Shown here: in pieces, positions 28,791 through 38,804 of the stretch | How the letters are laid out: the number at the start of each line of letters is the position of its first letter | Numbering within the stretch: the first letter of the stretch is position 1 | NCBI GenBank assembly: GCA_004257845.1 | Contig: GCA_004257845.1_4800.1 | DNA length: 64,000 nt | Source: a phage | Direction: 5' to 3' (one strand) | Notes under the pieces: generated by a model | Seen by the model: only the letters and a program-made list of their open reading frames with translations | What the model was told of the DNA's origin: nothing | Database searches by the model: none | Program-made: the position numbers and the translations under genes

Positions 28791-30314
28791 TTAATTCATC
28801 TTTTTGCCGTCGAGGATGTGATCAGCAAGCATAGACTTCATACTTAATGAACGCTGAATTTCTTCATCGATGGTATCAACACCAATAAAATCAACATACA
28901 GCACACTTGATTTGGTGCCGATGCGGTGATTTCGGTCTTCGGATTGTTTGCGCAACTCGTTGTCATAGTTGCAAGAATAATAGATTGCCAAGTCGGCGGC
29001 GGTAAGCGTGATACCGATTCCTGCCGCTGCAGCGTGACAAACAAGCACTTGCGTCCCACCGTTCTCGACTGTGTTCTTCTGGAAGTCATCAATCAAGAAC
29101 TCACGCTGCTCTTTTGACGTCTCACCGTTATATACACCAGTGACCACGCCTTCAGACTCAAGCCAGTCCTTAATCTGGTTCATTTCTTCCTTAAAGATGG
29201 CCCAAACGATGAATTTGCGCTCTGGGTCGTCTTCCAGCACCCCTTCCACATAATCCTTAAAGGCCGTGAATCGTGGGTTGTCTTCCATGTAGACCATCTC
29301 ATCATACACCTTGACAAAGCCGGATGTAACCTGCTTCATCTTGGTGCGCGACGCGATCATCTCAAACTTGACGTTTTCTTCTTCGCCCTTGTATTCCATC
29401 AAATAGTTGTACTCATTCTTGAGTTCATCGTAGACATCGCGTTGTTTAGGCGACAGCTCGAAGTCGATAAACTTATACACCTTCTCTGGAAGGTCAGGCA
29501 AGTATTCCGCTTTTGTCGCACGAAAATAGTGCGGTTCCATCAGCCGGATAAGCTTGTCAAGGTTTTTGTACATCGGTCGGCCAAACTGGTCTTTGCGCGG
29601 CACTTGCGGAATCCCATAGCCATTGCCGCCGATTTTCTTGAGGATGGCTTGCATTTCTGGGTCGTGCGCTTCAAGTAGCACAGTGAATTCAGAGTTGAAG
29701 GCGCGGAAAGATTTGGTGCCGAGCAAGCCTGCTTCAAGGAAGTGATATTGCATGTAAATATCCGCAGGCGAGCGCGGCAACGGCGTGCCAGAAAGGATTC
29801 GACGGGCCTTTGCCAGCCGACCCAATTCCACGACCTTGATGGAGCGTTTTGCTGTGTTATTTTTGATGCGAGTCGATTCATCAATGATCATCAGGCAGCG
29901 GTATTTCTTCAAGACCGACTCGATGTGTTGATAACCTACTGGTGTGTTGACGGTATCGATGTTGAATGAGAAGATGCGCGCAGGCACTTCGCCTTCAGGG
30001 TAGTGATCAGCAAACATCTTCTCCCAAAGCGCCTTGCCCTTTTTAGTCTTCATCTTGTCGTTGCCGCGCCAGTAGTGCCCAATCCACTTGATGGAAAGGT
30101 GTTCTGGTGCTTCACGACGAATCCAGTTGGAGTGGACACCGTTTGGAGCGATGACGACCATGGCATCGAACGCGCCAGCAGTGAAGTGCTTTTCAAACTC
30201 TGCCAAAGCGGTCCAAGTTTTACCAAGACCCTGTTCCATGAAATAGGCAAAGTATTTTCTGCGGCCTGCTTTATCAAGCGCCAGAAGCTGGTGGCGCATC
30301 CCTTGTGTTTTCAT
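28791..30314 (-). CDS. SNF2-family DNA helicase
   Basis: Motif I GLGKT, motif II IIDESTRIKN, C-terminal helicase motifs HAAAAGIGITL. Confidence 0.75.
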   Translation of the reverse strand: MKTQGMRHQLLALDKAGRRKYFAYFMEQGLGKTWTALAEFEKHFTAGAFDAMVVIAPNGVHSNWIRREAPEHLSIKWIGHYWRGNDKMKTKKGKALWEKMFADHYPEGEVPARIFSFNIDTVNTPVGYQHIESVLKKYRCLMIIDESTRIKNNTAKRSIKVVELGRLAKARRILSGTPLPRSPADIYMQYHFLEAGLLGTKSFRAFNSEFTVLLEAHDPEMQAILKKIGGNGYGIPQVPRKDQFGRPMYKNLDKLIRLMEPHYFRATKAEYLPDLPEKVYKFIDFELSPKQRDVYDELKNEYNYLMEYKGEEENVKFEMIASRTKMKQVTSGFVKVYDEMVYMEDNPRFTAFKDYVEGVLEDDPERKFIVWAIFKEEMNQIKDWLESEGVVTGVYNGETSKEQREFLIDDFQKNTVENGGTQVLVCHAAAAGIGITLTAADLAIYYSCNYDNELRKQSEDRNHRIGTKSSVLYVDFIGVDTIDEEIQRSLSMKSMLADHILDGKKMN

Positions 30315-30733
30315 GACAATTCCTCTAAATACTTGATGATGTGATGGATGGACCCGCTCGCGGCGACCATAGCCAGAATCTCATGCTTAGTATATTCTTT
30401 TAATCGCAATGAAGGGTGAACTAAATAATAAGCCTTTTCAGAGTCCACCTTCAGCAACACGAATGACGAGAATTTCCAATCACTCCAAGAAGTCAAAAAG
30501 CTTTGTTGACCTTTCTCAAATGCGCTCTTGAAAGGAAGAGTGGTGGCCCTTGCAGGCCACGATTCAAAGAACTTCATTTCAAGCCAAAAGCCGCGCCCTT
30601 TCCGGTTGGTGCCGATTACGTCCGGCACACCATCACCCGTCATTGATTCGATTCTTTGAAGCTTCAAGATTGATTCTGAATGCTTCTTCAAAGGCACGAA
30701 TATGTATTTCTGTTCACGGTTATTTGTTGCCAT
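30311..30733 (-). CDS. VRR-NUC domain nuclease
   Basis: PD-(D/E)xK-like GVPDVIG...WLEMKF; 4-nt overlap with SNF2 helicase gene; start taken at internal Met just after polymerase stop. Confidence 0.5.
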   Translation of the reverse strand: MATNNREQKYIFVPLKKHSESILKLQRIESMTGDGVPDVIGTNRKGRGFWLEMKFFESWPARATTLPFKSAFEKGQQSFLTSWSDWKFSSFVLLKVDSEKAYYLVHPSLRLKEYTKHEILAMVAASGSIHHIIKYLEELS

Positions 30734-33617
30734 CTGGATACACCTGTTTGATAACGTCGACGATGAACATGTCAATGCCTTCAAGTTTGCGGCCTTTCAT
30801 CAGGAAGAATGCGCCGTTCCCGACGTTCTCTGCAATGTATTTCCCGTATTTCTGGAACTTCTCTGGACGAATCCTGAAGCGCATTGGCGAGTCGGTCGAA
30901 TCGTCCTTGCACATAAGGTCAATGAACTGAGTCTCAAGCTTGTTTCCATACTGGTCAAACTCTGCGTAGCGGCCATCAGCTTGAAGACCCTTTTTAAGTT
31001 TGCCGTGCTTTGTATAAATGCCGCGCTCAAGACGTTTACGGATGCGTGTCGCTTCGTTCTCGTCAGCCAGCACTTTCTTGGTCAACTTGCCGATCACTAT
31101 TGCACGCTCGTCATCGCCGACTTCCTTCATCTGGCGTATTGAAGCACCGGAAGTAACGCCAATCAGATAGGGGTCATTATATGCCCATCCGAACTTTGTG
31201 TGCATCTCTGTAAGGTCGCCGTATTTGACTTCAGCATTGGCCAATGCATCCTTTTGCTTTTGCGTTAAGGTTCCGGCTTCACGTGCTTCGATATACTTCA
31301 TCGCCTTCACCATGCCATATCCTTTTGCGTTCATGATGCCGCCGATTAGCTTTCCGTTAGCGATGGTCCAGTTCATTGAAGAGTGATCAGGGTCGATTGG
31401 CACATAATCCACGCCTTCCTTCGCAAGTTCACGTAATATCGCAATCGTCTGGTCTTCGTCCTTAGCAGCGCGTAAGCAAGCAGCGGCAAATTCCAACGGG
31501 TAGTGTCGCTTAAGCCACAAGGTCCAGTAGGTCACGACCGCGTATGATACGGAGTGTGACTTGTTAAAGCCCCATGACCCGAACGTCGCCATCGCTTGCC
31601 AAAGCTTTCTTGCATCCGCTTCCGGTACGCCGTTATTTATTGCTCCTGCAACGAAGTCTTCGCCAAGCTTGTTAAAGTATTCCTCACCCTTACGACCTGA
31701 CATCGCCTTACGTACAGCGGATGTTTTCGCCCAGTCAAATGAACCAATCTCTTTGACCACGGCCATGATTTGCTCTTGGTAAAGAAACACGCCGTAAGTC
31801 TCTTTTAAGTACGGCTCAAGCTGCGGCACGTCGTACTCAATCGGCGCACGTCCTGCCGCGCGTTCAATGTATTTCTGGGCCATACCGGACGACAACGGGC
31901 CAGGTCGGCCAAGTGCTGTCAGGTTATCGATTTTGTTAAAGTTATCAACGTGCACAAAGTTGGTTACTGAGCGTACAGCGTCGCCTTCAAACTGGAAGAT
32001 GCCTGACATCTTGTTTTCGTTAAGGATGTCAAGGACGCTTTGGTCATCAAGCTTGATTCCGTACAGCGTTTCAGCATCTATCACGCCAGTATCAGAAATG
32101 ATTCCGAGAGTACGAAGGCCCAGCGCATCAAGCTTCAAAAGGTTTAGGTATTCGCTGTCAGGCTTATCGATTTGCGCAATCCCTTCTGCAGTTACAGTAC
32201 AGTAATCAGAGATTGGGTCATTACACACAATGATTCCCGCTGCGTGAACACCTGTGTGAGACGGGTGAATCTCAAGGTCACCCATGCAACGCGCGGCGTC
32301 AGGATATTTCGCCACGAACTCTTGGCCCGTGGTCGTTGTTGCAAAGGTATCCTCCAGGCCGTGACCATAACGGGCGTCACCGGATGAGTATTCAAGCAGT
32401 GCGTTTTTAATGTTGGCTGTTTCGTGGTATCCAATGTTGAACTTCTTACCAACTTGAGCCATTACTGAGTTGGCCTTAAGCGTGTTGATGTTGCCAAGCT
32501 TTGCAACGTTCATTTCGCCGTATTTCTCTTTAAGATAATCAAACACCATATAGCGTTTGGTATCTTCAAAGTCGATGTCGATGTCAGGAAGGTCGGCGCG
32601 GCTTACGTCGATGAATCGGGCAAACAGTAGCTTATACGGGATTGGGTCCACTTCCGTGATGCCGAGGCAATAGCAAACAAGTGAACCAGCCGATGAGCCG
32701 CGAGCAGGACCGACGAGCATTTTTGTTTTTGCGAATCGTACAAGGTCTGCTACCACCAGAAAGTATGAGTCGAAATCTTTCAGCTGAATCTGGTGAATTT
32801 CTTCGTTGAAGCGGTCCTCGTATTCCTGAGTCCATTCTTTGATGTGACCTGCTTTGAGACGGTACTCCATGCCCTCACGCGCAAGCTTTACCATGTCACC
32901 AGCAAGGTGAATAATCGGTGCCTTACGCAATTTCAGGTCAAGTCCGACTATGCCGTTTGCTATGTCAACAGCATTGGCCGTTGCCTGATTGAGCTCATCT
33001 TCAGTCAAGATGCCTTTAAGCTGTTTTCGCAAGTCTTCCGCGTCAACGATGCAATGCGGCTTCACCGTGTCGCGCACTTCCCAAGCATAAGCAAAGTCAA
33101 CGTGCTCAGGTGAAGGCATGTGGTTGTATCCGGTTAAAACCAGCGGCCTTCCACCACTACGATGAGCCAACACCTGGCGCTTTGCCAAAAGGAACGACGA
33201 TGGGTTGACGTCTATATAGTCGTAGTCCTCTGGCCGCAGCAGTTCCACGGCACCGCCACAGAATTTAACGACGCCATCGAGCGCCCCGAACTCTGCACGG
33301 GTAAGACCACCACGCTGCGTTGCAAGTGTTGTAGCGTTGTAAAAAGATTTTAAGTCAAGGGCCAATATCCAAGCCTTCGGTTTGAATCCCTTTTTCGGGT
33401 CCGCATCAGGGTCGATGATTGGAATCTCCATTCCAAACATAGGATTAATATCATTTTTCTGGCATTCCTTTTCCCAGCGAACGTGACCCCATGTGTTGTT
33501 ATCAACTAATGCCGCGACTTCGCAGCCCAACTCTTTGAGCCGTGCTATAATTTCAGGATGCCGTCCATAAACTTCTTTGAACGTGTAACCGCTGCGAACT
33601 CTCAATTGTGGAAACAT
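30720..33617 (-). CDS. dnaE: DNA polymerase III alpha subunit-like (DnaE-type) replicative polymerase
   Basis: Catalytic palm motif LPDIDIDFED, FNKSHSVSYAVVTYWTLWLKRHYPLEF, GRPGP; N-terminal PHP-like region. Confidence 0.8.
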   Translation of the reverse strand: MFPQLRVRSGYTFKEVYGRHPEIIARLKELGCEVAALVDNNTWGHVRWEKECQKNDINPMFGMEIPIIDPDADPKKGFKPKAWILALDLKSFYNATTLATQRGGLTRAEFGALDGVVKFCGGAVELLRPEDYDYIDVNPSSFLLAKRQVLAHRSGGRPLVLTGYNHMPSPEHVDFAYAWEVRDTVKPHCIVDAEDLRKQLKGILTEDELNQATANAVDIANGIVGLDLKLRKAPIIHLAGDMVKLAREGMEYRLKAGHIKEWTQEYEDRFNEEIHQIQLKDFDSYFLVVADLVRFAKTKMLVGPARGSSAGSLVCYCLGITEVDPIPYKLLFARFIDVSRADLPDIDIDFEDTKRYMVFDYLKEKYGEMNVAKLGNINTLKANSVMAQVGKKFNIGYHETANIKNALLEYSSGDARYGHGLEDTFATTTTGQEFVAKYPDAARCMGDLEIHPSHTGVHAAGIIVCNDPISDYCTVTAEGIAQIDKPDSEYLNLLKLDALGLRTLGIISDTGVIDAETLYGIKLDDQSVLDILNENKMSGIFQFEGDAVRSVTNFVHVDNFNKIDNLTALGRPGPLSSGMAQKYIERAAGRAPIEYDVPQLEPYLKETYGVFLYQEQIMAVVKEIGSFDWAKTSAVRKAMSGRKGEEYFNKLGEDFVAGAINNGVPEADARKLWQAMATFGSWGFNKSHSVSYAVVTYWTLWLKRHYPLEFAAACLRAAKDEDQTIAILRELAKEGVDYVPIDPDHSSMNWTIANGKLIGGIMNAKGYGMVKAMKYIEAREAGTLTQKQKDALANAEVKYGDLTEMHTKFGWAYNDPYLIGVTSGASIRQMKEVGDDERAIVIGKLTKKVLADENEATRIRKRLERGIYTKHGKLKKGLQADGRYAEFDQYGNKLETQFIDLMCKDDSTDSPMRFRIRPEKFQKYGKYIAENVGNGAFFLMKGRKLEGIDMFIVDVIKQVYPDGNK

Positions 33618-34159
33618 TATTTACTCCAGATGTCATATACGCCAATTTGTTGGCAGACTTTGTGCAGTAATATTACGTCGTCTAATGCACGGTGTTTCTG
33701 TTCATATTTTCCGAAATATAATTCATACAGCTCTTGAAGCTTAACTCTTCGGCCAAAAATAGGCAAGGTTTGCTCAACTGTACAAATGTTTATTTCTGGA
33801 AAATTAACATCATCAAGCGTAAGTCCTTCGCGCTGTAGTGCATAATCAAGAATGTTTTTATCGAACGCATGGTTGTGCGCGATAGTTGCATCAGTCTTCT
33901 TGAAGATTTCTTTTAGCTGCGGGACGAAATTGATGAACGGTGGATTGCACTCAAGGTCTTCATTTGTTAATCCGGTAATCTTTGTGATAATTTCTTCAAT
34001 CACGATTTCAGGATTAATTATGAATTCAAACGTTTCAAGAATCTCTTTGCCGTCTGTCAACAGACCTGCAAATTCAATAGGGCGCGGCTGCATCCCAAGC
34101 GGCGCTTTCGGGTGCACGGTCAATCCGGTTGTTTCGAAGTCATAAGGGAGAAATAACAC
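33617..34159 (-). CDS. dnaQ: DnaQ-like 3'-5' exonuclease (DEDDh)
   Basis: Exo I YDFETTGL, Exo II IAHNHAFDKNIL, Exo III HRALDDV. Confidence 0.75.
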   Translation of the reverse strand: MLFLPYDFETTGLTVHPKAPLGMQPRPIEFAGLLTDGKEILETFEFIINPEIVIEEIITKITGLTNEDLECNPPFINFVPQLKEIFKKTDATIAHNHAFDKNILDYALQREGLTLDDVNFPEINICTVEQTLPIFGRRVKLQELYELYFGKYEQKHRALDDVILLHKVCQQIGVYDIWSK

Positions 34160-34213
34160 ATTAGCCTCCTACAAAAAGGCCGCCCATTAGGACGGCCACA
34201 GATTCACGATTCG

Positions 34214-34765
34214 TTATACAGTGTACGGAGTACCGTCTTGATTCAAGCGCACGATAAACTTCAAATCAACGCCGATGATTTCACGCGTATCAAAGATCAC
34301 ATAGTTGTAACGACGTTGACCAGCAATGTTCGGGTTGGTATGAGAGTCAGTTACAACTTCCTGTGCAACCTGAATGCCTTCTTCGCTAAAGAACTTACGC
34401 CATTCAGCAAGTTCAGCGGCAGTTACGTGCATACCAAGATGGCTAACCTGATTGTCATGCGCATCGATATATTCGATGTTTTCGTTAATCCAGTTGCAGC
34501 CCATTGTGTAGTCAAGGATTTCAAGCTCAAGAGGCTTACCAGCGCCGCCATCAGTACCGTTGCCAGCCTGATAGTTGAAGCGCAAGTCAGCTTCATTGGT
34601 GCAATCGTCGCGACGACCTTTAAAGTCATCAGCTTCAAATACGCGACCAGTAGCAACAACATGATCATGGAACCATTCTGTCAGGCCGATTTTAGCCAAG
34701 AAATCCTGTGCGCGCTGAGCATCTGGAATTGACAGGGCGATTTGTTCAATTTTAAAATGTGGCAT
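34214..34765 (-). CDS. hypothetical protein (possibly VOC/glyoxalase-like)
   Basis: ORF; weak resemblance only. Confidence 0.3.
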   Translation of the reverse strand: MPHFKIEQIALSIPDAQRAQDFLAKIGLTEWFHDHVVATGRVFEADDFKGRRDDCTNEADLRFNYQAGNGTDGGAGKPLELEILDYTMGCNWINENIEYIDAHDNQVSHLGMHVTAAELAEWRKFFSEEGIQVAQEVVTDSHTNPNIAGQRRYNYVIFDTREIIGVDLKFIVRLNQDGTPYTV

Positions 34766-34861
34766 TTTGTTTCCTTAATTAAATATTATTGATTAATTAC
34801 TGTGTTGTCTTCGTCCTGTTTCTTTTCAGGAGCGGGTGTGACAACTTCAAATGTTCGTGAT

Positions 34862-35545
34862 TTATTTACCAAATGGAATATCAGTACCAGACATAAAGCG
34901 CCATGCGCCAGTAATTAAGATATGGCGAATGAAGTCAGCAATTACTTGCGGCTCAGTCTCCAATCCATTCATCAATGCCTTTTTCTGGTATTCAGCAGCG
35001 TATTCAGGAGTCCAGCCGCGAGTCGCGCAAACGGCATCTTCAATCTGTTTAGACATGCCAGTGCCGCGCAACTTGTTAGGACTAATAGAGAATACCGTGA
35101 TGCCGTACTTAGGCGTAAGTTCGTGAGCCATCTGCTTGCTGATCATAAGCGCAGCAGCCTTGGATGCATTATAACACAAGCTGGACGTCATAGGAATATG
35201 CGCAGCGTTGGAAACGATGTTGATCACAAAGCCTTTGTTGTCGATAAGACTTTTCAGCGCAGCCTGAGTCGTGTTAACGAAAGAGAATGCGTTGGTGTGC
35301 ATAACGCGGTTAAACTCTTCATAGTTTACATCTTCAAACCAATTGTTAGAGTTGACACCAGCACAGTTGATCAAGCCTTCAACATCATATGGGCTTAAAA
35401 TTTCTTTCATCTGTTTAGCATCGCGGACGTCATATCCGTATGCTGAATCGATGCCAAGCACGTTATGACCGTAAGCGCCAAGGGTGTCAAAAATAGATTT
35501 ACCAAGACCGGAATTGGAACCTGTTACAACAATTACTTTTTTCAT
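34862..35545 (-). CDS. short-chain dehydrogenase/reductase (SDR)
   Basis: TGSNSGLGKS (TGxxxGxG), NCAG, catalytic YNASK (YxxxK). Confidence 0.7.
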   Translation of the reverse strand: MKKVIVVTGSNSGLGKSIFDTLGAYGHNVLGIDSAYGYDVRDAKQMKEILSPYDVEGLINCAGVNSNNWFEDVNYEEFNRVMHTNAFSFVNTTQAALKSLIDNKGFVINIVSNAAHIPMTSSLCYNASKAAALMISKQMAHELTPKYGITVFSISPNKLRGTGMSKQIEDAVCATRGWTPEYAAEYQKKALMNGLETEPQVIADFIRHILITGAWRFMSGTDIPFGK

Positions 35546-35610
35546 TTATTTATCCTTTTTGGACTTCGTTTCGATGAGGTAAATATAACTCATCGAAACG
35601 CACAAGTAAA

Positions 35611-36483
35611 CTATTTATTGAAATTAATATTATGGGTGTTTACAAGACGTTCACACATGGCGCTATAAACACCATCGTCGTGTATTGAGTCTTCGTGCTT
35701 CAGGCCGCTGATTGCGAAGCGTGTAAGCTTGACAATCTTAAGCTCGAACAGATGCCACATGTGGTAGTCTTCCGGCGTTTTCAGCGTCACGCCATTAGGG
35801 AACAACACCTGCATAACCTGACCTACCATCACAGCGTTATCGCCATAAACGGCATTGCGCTCACGGAAGGTCGCGGCCATCGCATCAAGAATATCGGCGG
35901 CAGTTGCCGGAGATTGTTCAACTTCCACAGCCTTAGTCTCTTCTTGCCCTGTTGCGCTTGGATCAATTGCTAATTGTTGCACCACTTCACCTGCTTTGCA
36001 AAGATTAAATGTAAAAGCGATTTTATTTTGAGCAACGGAGTTATAATACAATGCTTCATCTTGCATCCGCGCGAGTACGTCTTGTCGGTCGTCGAATACA
36101 TTGATGATTCGATAATCGCCGTGCCGCAAAGCGTGCGATAGCCATGCAGATTTCATAATAGTTGATGGACGTTTGTCGCCATAGTCTCTCATCTTGATTG
36201 TAAATTCATCAAAAGGGAAAACATTGTCCAGACGTTCAAAAGTCACTTGTCTGTATTTTTCTGGCCTTGCAGTCCAATATTCAACCGCCTCACCGCGAAG
36301 AGATGCCGACTCTACTGCTGATGCAATGTGAGGATAGAACTGATCATAACCAATACCGCTGTGATAGTCATCATAGTCTGACAACGGACCTGCCACCTTG
36401 ATGCGGTCTAAGCGCCAACGGTCATCAAACAGCGTTCCGTCAAGGTCGAATACGTTTAAGATTTCGCTGTTTTTAATGCTCAT
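35611..36483 (-). CDS. HAD-superfamily phosphatase-like protein
   Basis: Motif I VFDLDGTLFD; later INVFDD. Confidence 0.5.
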   Translation of the reverse strand: MSIKNSEILNVFDLDGTLFDDRWRLDRIKVAGPLSDYDDYHSGIGYDQFYPHIASAVESASLRGEAVEYWTARPEKYRQVTFERLDNVFPFDEFTIKMRDYGDKRPSTIMKSAWLSHALRHGDYRIINVFDDRQDVLARMQDEALYYNSVAQNKIAFTFNLCKAGEVVQQLAIDPSATGQEETKAVEVEQSPATAADILDAMAATFRERNAVYGDNAVMVGQVMQVLFPNGVTLKTPEDYHMWHLFELKIVKLTRFAISGLKHEDSIHDDGVYSAMCERLVNTHNINFNK

Positions 36484-37283
36484 CCTTTTGATACTCCATC
36501 TTTAGCAACTGGATTGTTGGTGATTGGCATTGCACTCCAAAACTGGATGCGCAACTCTTCTTGCTGTGCCGTGGTATCCATCCAATCACGATACCAAGGG
36601 CAATGGGCTTTGCCATGACGAGGAAACGCGCACTTACCCATACCGATGCACTGAGGCTGTAGTAAAGGATTGGCCCACGGGTGCACCTTAAGGACTTCCG
36701 CAACCATTGCACGGAATACTTCTTGATACTCGCCTTGAGTACGCGTGCACAAGCGGTTAGAGGCCATTTGTTGCAGAGTGCGCAAGTTGAACTTTGCCAT
36801 GATATGCGTTTGCATATTAGAAGGCAACACGGCACGTGCATCTTGAATCTCTGCGCCAGCCGCGCGAAGTTCTTGGTATAGGGCGTCAATGGTTGCCATT
36901 GCATCATCCCATTTCTCTGCCAGTTCAGCAGCCTTCTCGTCATGACGAGTCCATCCCTTTGGATCATCCTCTGGGTAAGTAAATTTGGCAGGACGAATCG
37001 CATCAAATGCTGACGACTCCTGAGCGCGGCTTGTGCGTTCTTGATATGCACCTGTGCGTGTGCGCACCATCTGATGAGTCATATTCTTTGATACATCAGT
37101 GATGTCAAAGATATAGTCCACAAAGTCAAAAGGCGACTTGATTGTATCAAGCATGTAGCGCCAGTGCTCTTGCTTCTCTGATTCTGTCATCTCAGAGACT
37201 GGCTTACCAGTCATGCGCGTGTTCTTTGTTTCCAGCAAAAGGTCAAGTGCATCTTGGGTGTATCGAATTAATTCAACTTTCAT
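36480..37283 (-). CDS. thyX: flavin-dependent thymidylate synthase (ThyX)-like protein, RTR variant
   Basis: THQMVRTRTGAYQERTSR aligns with ThyX signature (Q..RHR..SY.E.S.R) but has Thr in place of His in RHR. Confidence 0.55.
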   Translation of the reverse strand: MKVELIRYTQDALDLLLETKNTRMTGKPVSEMTESEKQEHWRYMLDTIKSPFDFVDYIFDITDVSKNMTHQMVRTRTGAYQERTSRAQESSAFDAIRPAKFTYPEDDPKGWTRHDEKAAELAEKWDDAMATIDALYQELRAAGAEIQDARAVLPSNMQTHIMAKFNLRTLQQMASNRLCTRTQGEYQEVFRAMVAEVLKVHPWANPLLQPQCIGMGKCAFPRHGKAHCPWYRDWMDTTAQQEELRIQFWSAMPITNNPVAKDGVSKG

Positions 37284-37296
37284 TTTAATTATCCTA

Positions 37297-37743
37297 TTAA
37301 CGGTAATTCACTAGTTGCTGATCACCAGAGAAGGTGCAATGATAAACGAATTGTGCGTTATAAAGCAACTGAAAACTTTTCTTTGGTTCATTATTAGAAC
37401 TCATTGATGTAAAGATTTCTGCACCAGAACGGTTTTCACCAATCAGGTTAATAAAGCCGCCAGTTGAACGAGGCTGAACGAAAGTGAAACGCTGCATCCA
37501 CGGAGTCCGGTTGGCACCTTTTCCAGTGAATCCCTGAATCTGAATATTCAGACCTTCTTGCTCGTTCACACCGATGTAAGTGGTAATTGTTGCGCCAGTC
37601 GTCGCTGCGGTCTTGCCGTCCATCGCTTCGCAATCGTAAACAGCGATTGAATCGGAAGTACGGACAGCGGCTTCAGTCGCTTCCATATACATGGTTCCGA
37701 GAATAGCAGTCGCGGCAAGCGCGATTCCAGTGATGCGTTTCAT
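37297..37743 (-). CDS. secreted protein, hypothetical
   Basis: Signal-peptide-like N-terminus MKRITGIALAATAILGTMYMEA. Confidence 0.4.
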   Translation of the reverse strand: MKRITGIALAATAILGTMYMEATEAAVRTSDSIAVYDCEAMDGKTAATTGATITTYIGVNEQEGLNIQIQGFTGKGANRTPWMQRFTFVQPRSTGGFINLIGENRSGAEIFTSMSSNNEPKKSFQLLYNAQFVYHCTFSGDQQLVNYR

Positions 37744-37808
37744 TTTCGTTTCCTCTATGAGTTCTGCTTCAATGATTAAAGTATACGCCCATTGAAGCAG
37801 AAAGCAAA

Positions 37809-38804
37809 TTATTTATTAGCAATATAAGCAAATTTTTGATAGTTATTTGCTTTGATGAGTTTTTCAACTTCAGCAAGGTCATGAGCGACGTCATCAAGCA
37901 AAATGTTTCGCCAAGTAGCGAATCGACCGACACTAAATACGTTCAAATCCATAGTCAACTGGAGCAGTAAGGCGTGGCGCAAGTCTTTCGGAATGTCGAC
38001 AATTTTGCCATACTTCTGGTCAACCTTTTCAACTTCTTCCAAAGAGATGTCATTCCATGAAAGACCAAAAGCGGTAAGAACTTCATCCACTTCTGCACGC
38101 AGCTTCATGTCGCGATAACGGGTAATGCCGCCAGCGGCTTCAACTGCTGCCGCGCTGACGCTTACCAATGGAATTGTTTCAATGATCAGCGTGTCACCAG
38201 TGATTGATGCGCGGTAAGTCCTTACAGAATAGTCAGGGAAGTAAATTGTTTGATAAAGTTCACACTTGCGCTTAATCTTAAAACGATAAACGCGAATATT
38301 TGCCTTATCAAACGAGAAGTCGAGTTTTTGATCAATACCAGCAAGCTTCATCATGACTGGCAGCGGCGATGTGTTGATGATTGGCGTCTCGCTATAGCCG
38401 CAAAGCGTGTCGACCGGAGTATTAAAGAATATACGGTCACCCAGTTTATCGACAAGTTGATCATAAAAGTCATCCGGCGCTATGTAGCGCGTAGCAGTTT
38501 GAAGCTTCATGATTGAGCGGCTGCCAAACTGGTTGGTGACTTTCATAGAGTACATGTTGGCAAGGTTAATCGGGCAGTGGTCGTGATAGTAGTTGCCGCG
38601 AAAATACACAGCCTTATCGACTGTCACGGCCTTAAAGGGGATTCCGGTAATACGGCTTACTTCTTCGCCGCGAAATCGTAGCAGCGCCTTGTGCTGCGCG
38701 ACGCGTTCGCCTGCTTCGTACACAATAGAGTTCGGAAAGTGACAAGCCGTGATAAGTCCTGCCAGTCCGCCGCCGATAATCATTACAGGTTGTTTCATGT
38801 TCAT
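37809..38804 (-). CDS. FAD/NAD(P)-binding Rossmann-fold oxidoreductase-like protein
   Basis: N-terminal VMIIGGGLAGLITA (GxGxxG) followed by IVYEAG. Confidence 0.5.
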   Translation of the reverse strand: MNMKQPVMIIGGGLAGLITACHFPNSIVYEAGERVAQHKALLRFRGEEVSRITGIPFKAVTVDKAVYFRGNYYHDHCPINLANMYSMKVTNQFGSRSIMKLQTATRYIAPDDFYDQLVDKLGDRIFFNTPVDTLCGYSETPIINTSPLPVMMKLAGIDQKLDFSFDKANIRVYRFKIKRKCELYQTIYFPDYSVRTYRASITGDTLIIETIPLVSVSAAAVEAAGGITRYRDMKLRAEVDEVLTAFGLSWNDISLEEVEKVDQKYGKIVDIPKDLRHALLLQLTMDLNVFSVGRFATWRNILLDDVAHDLAEVEKLIKANNYQKFAYIANK

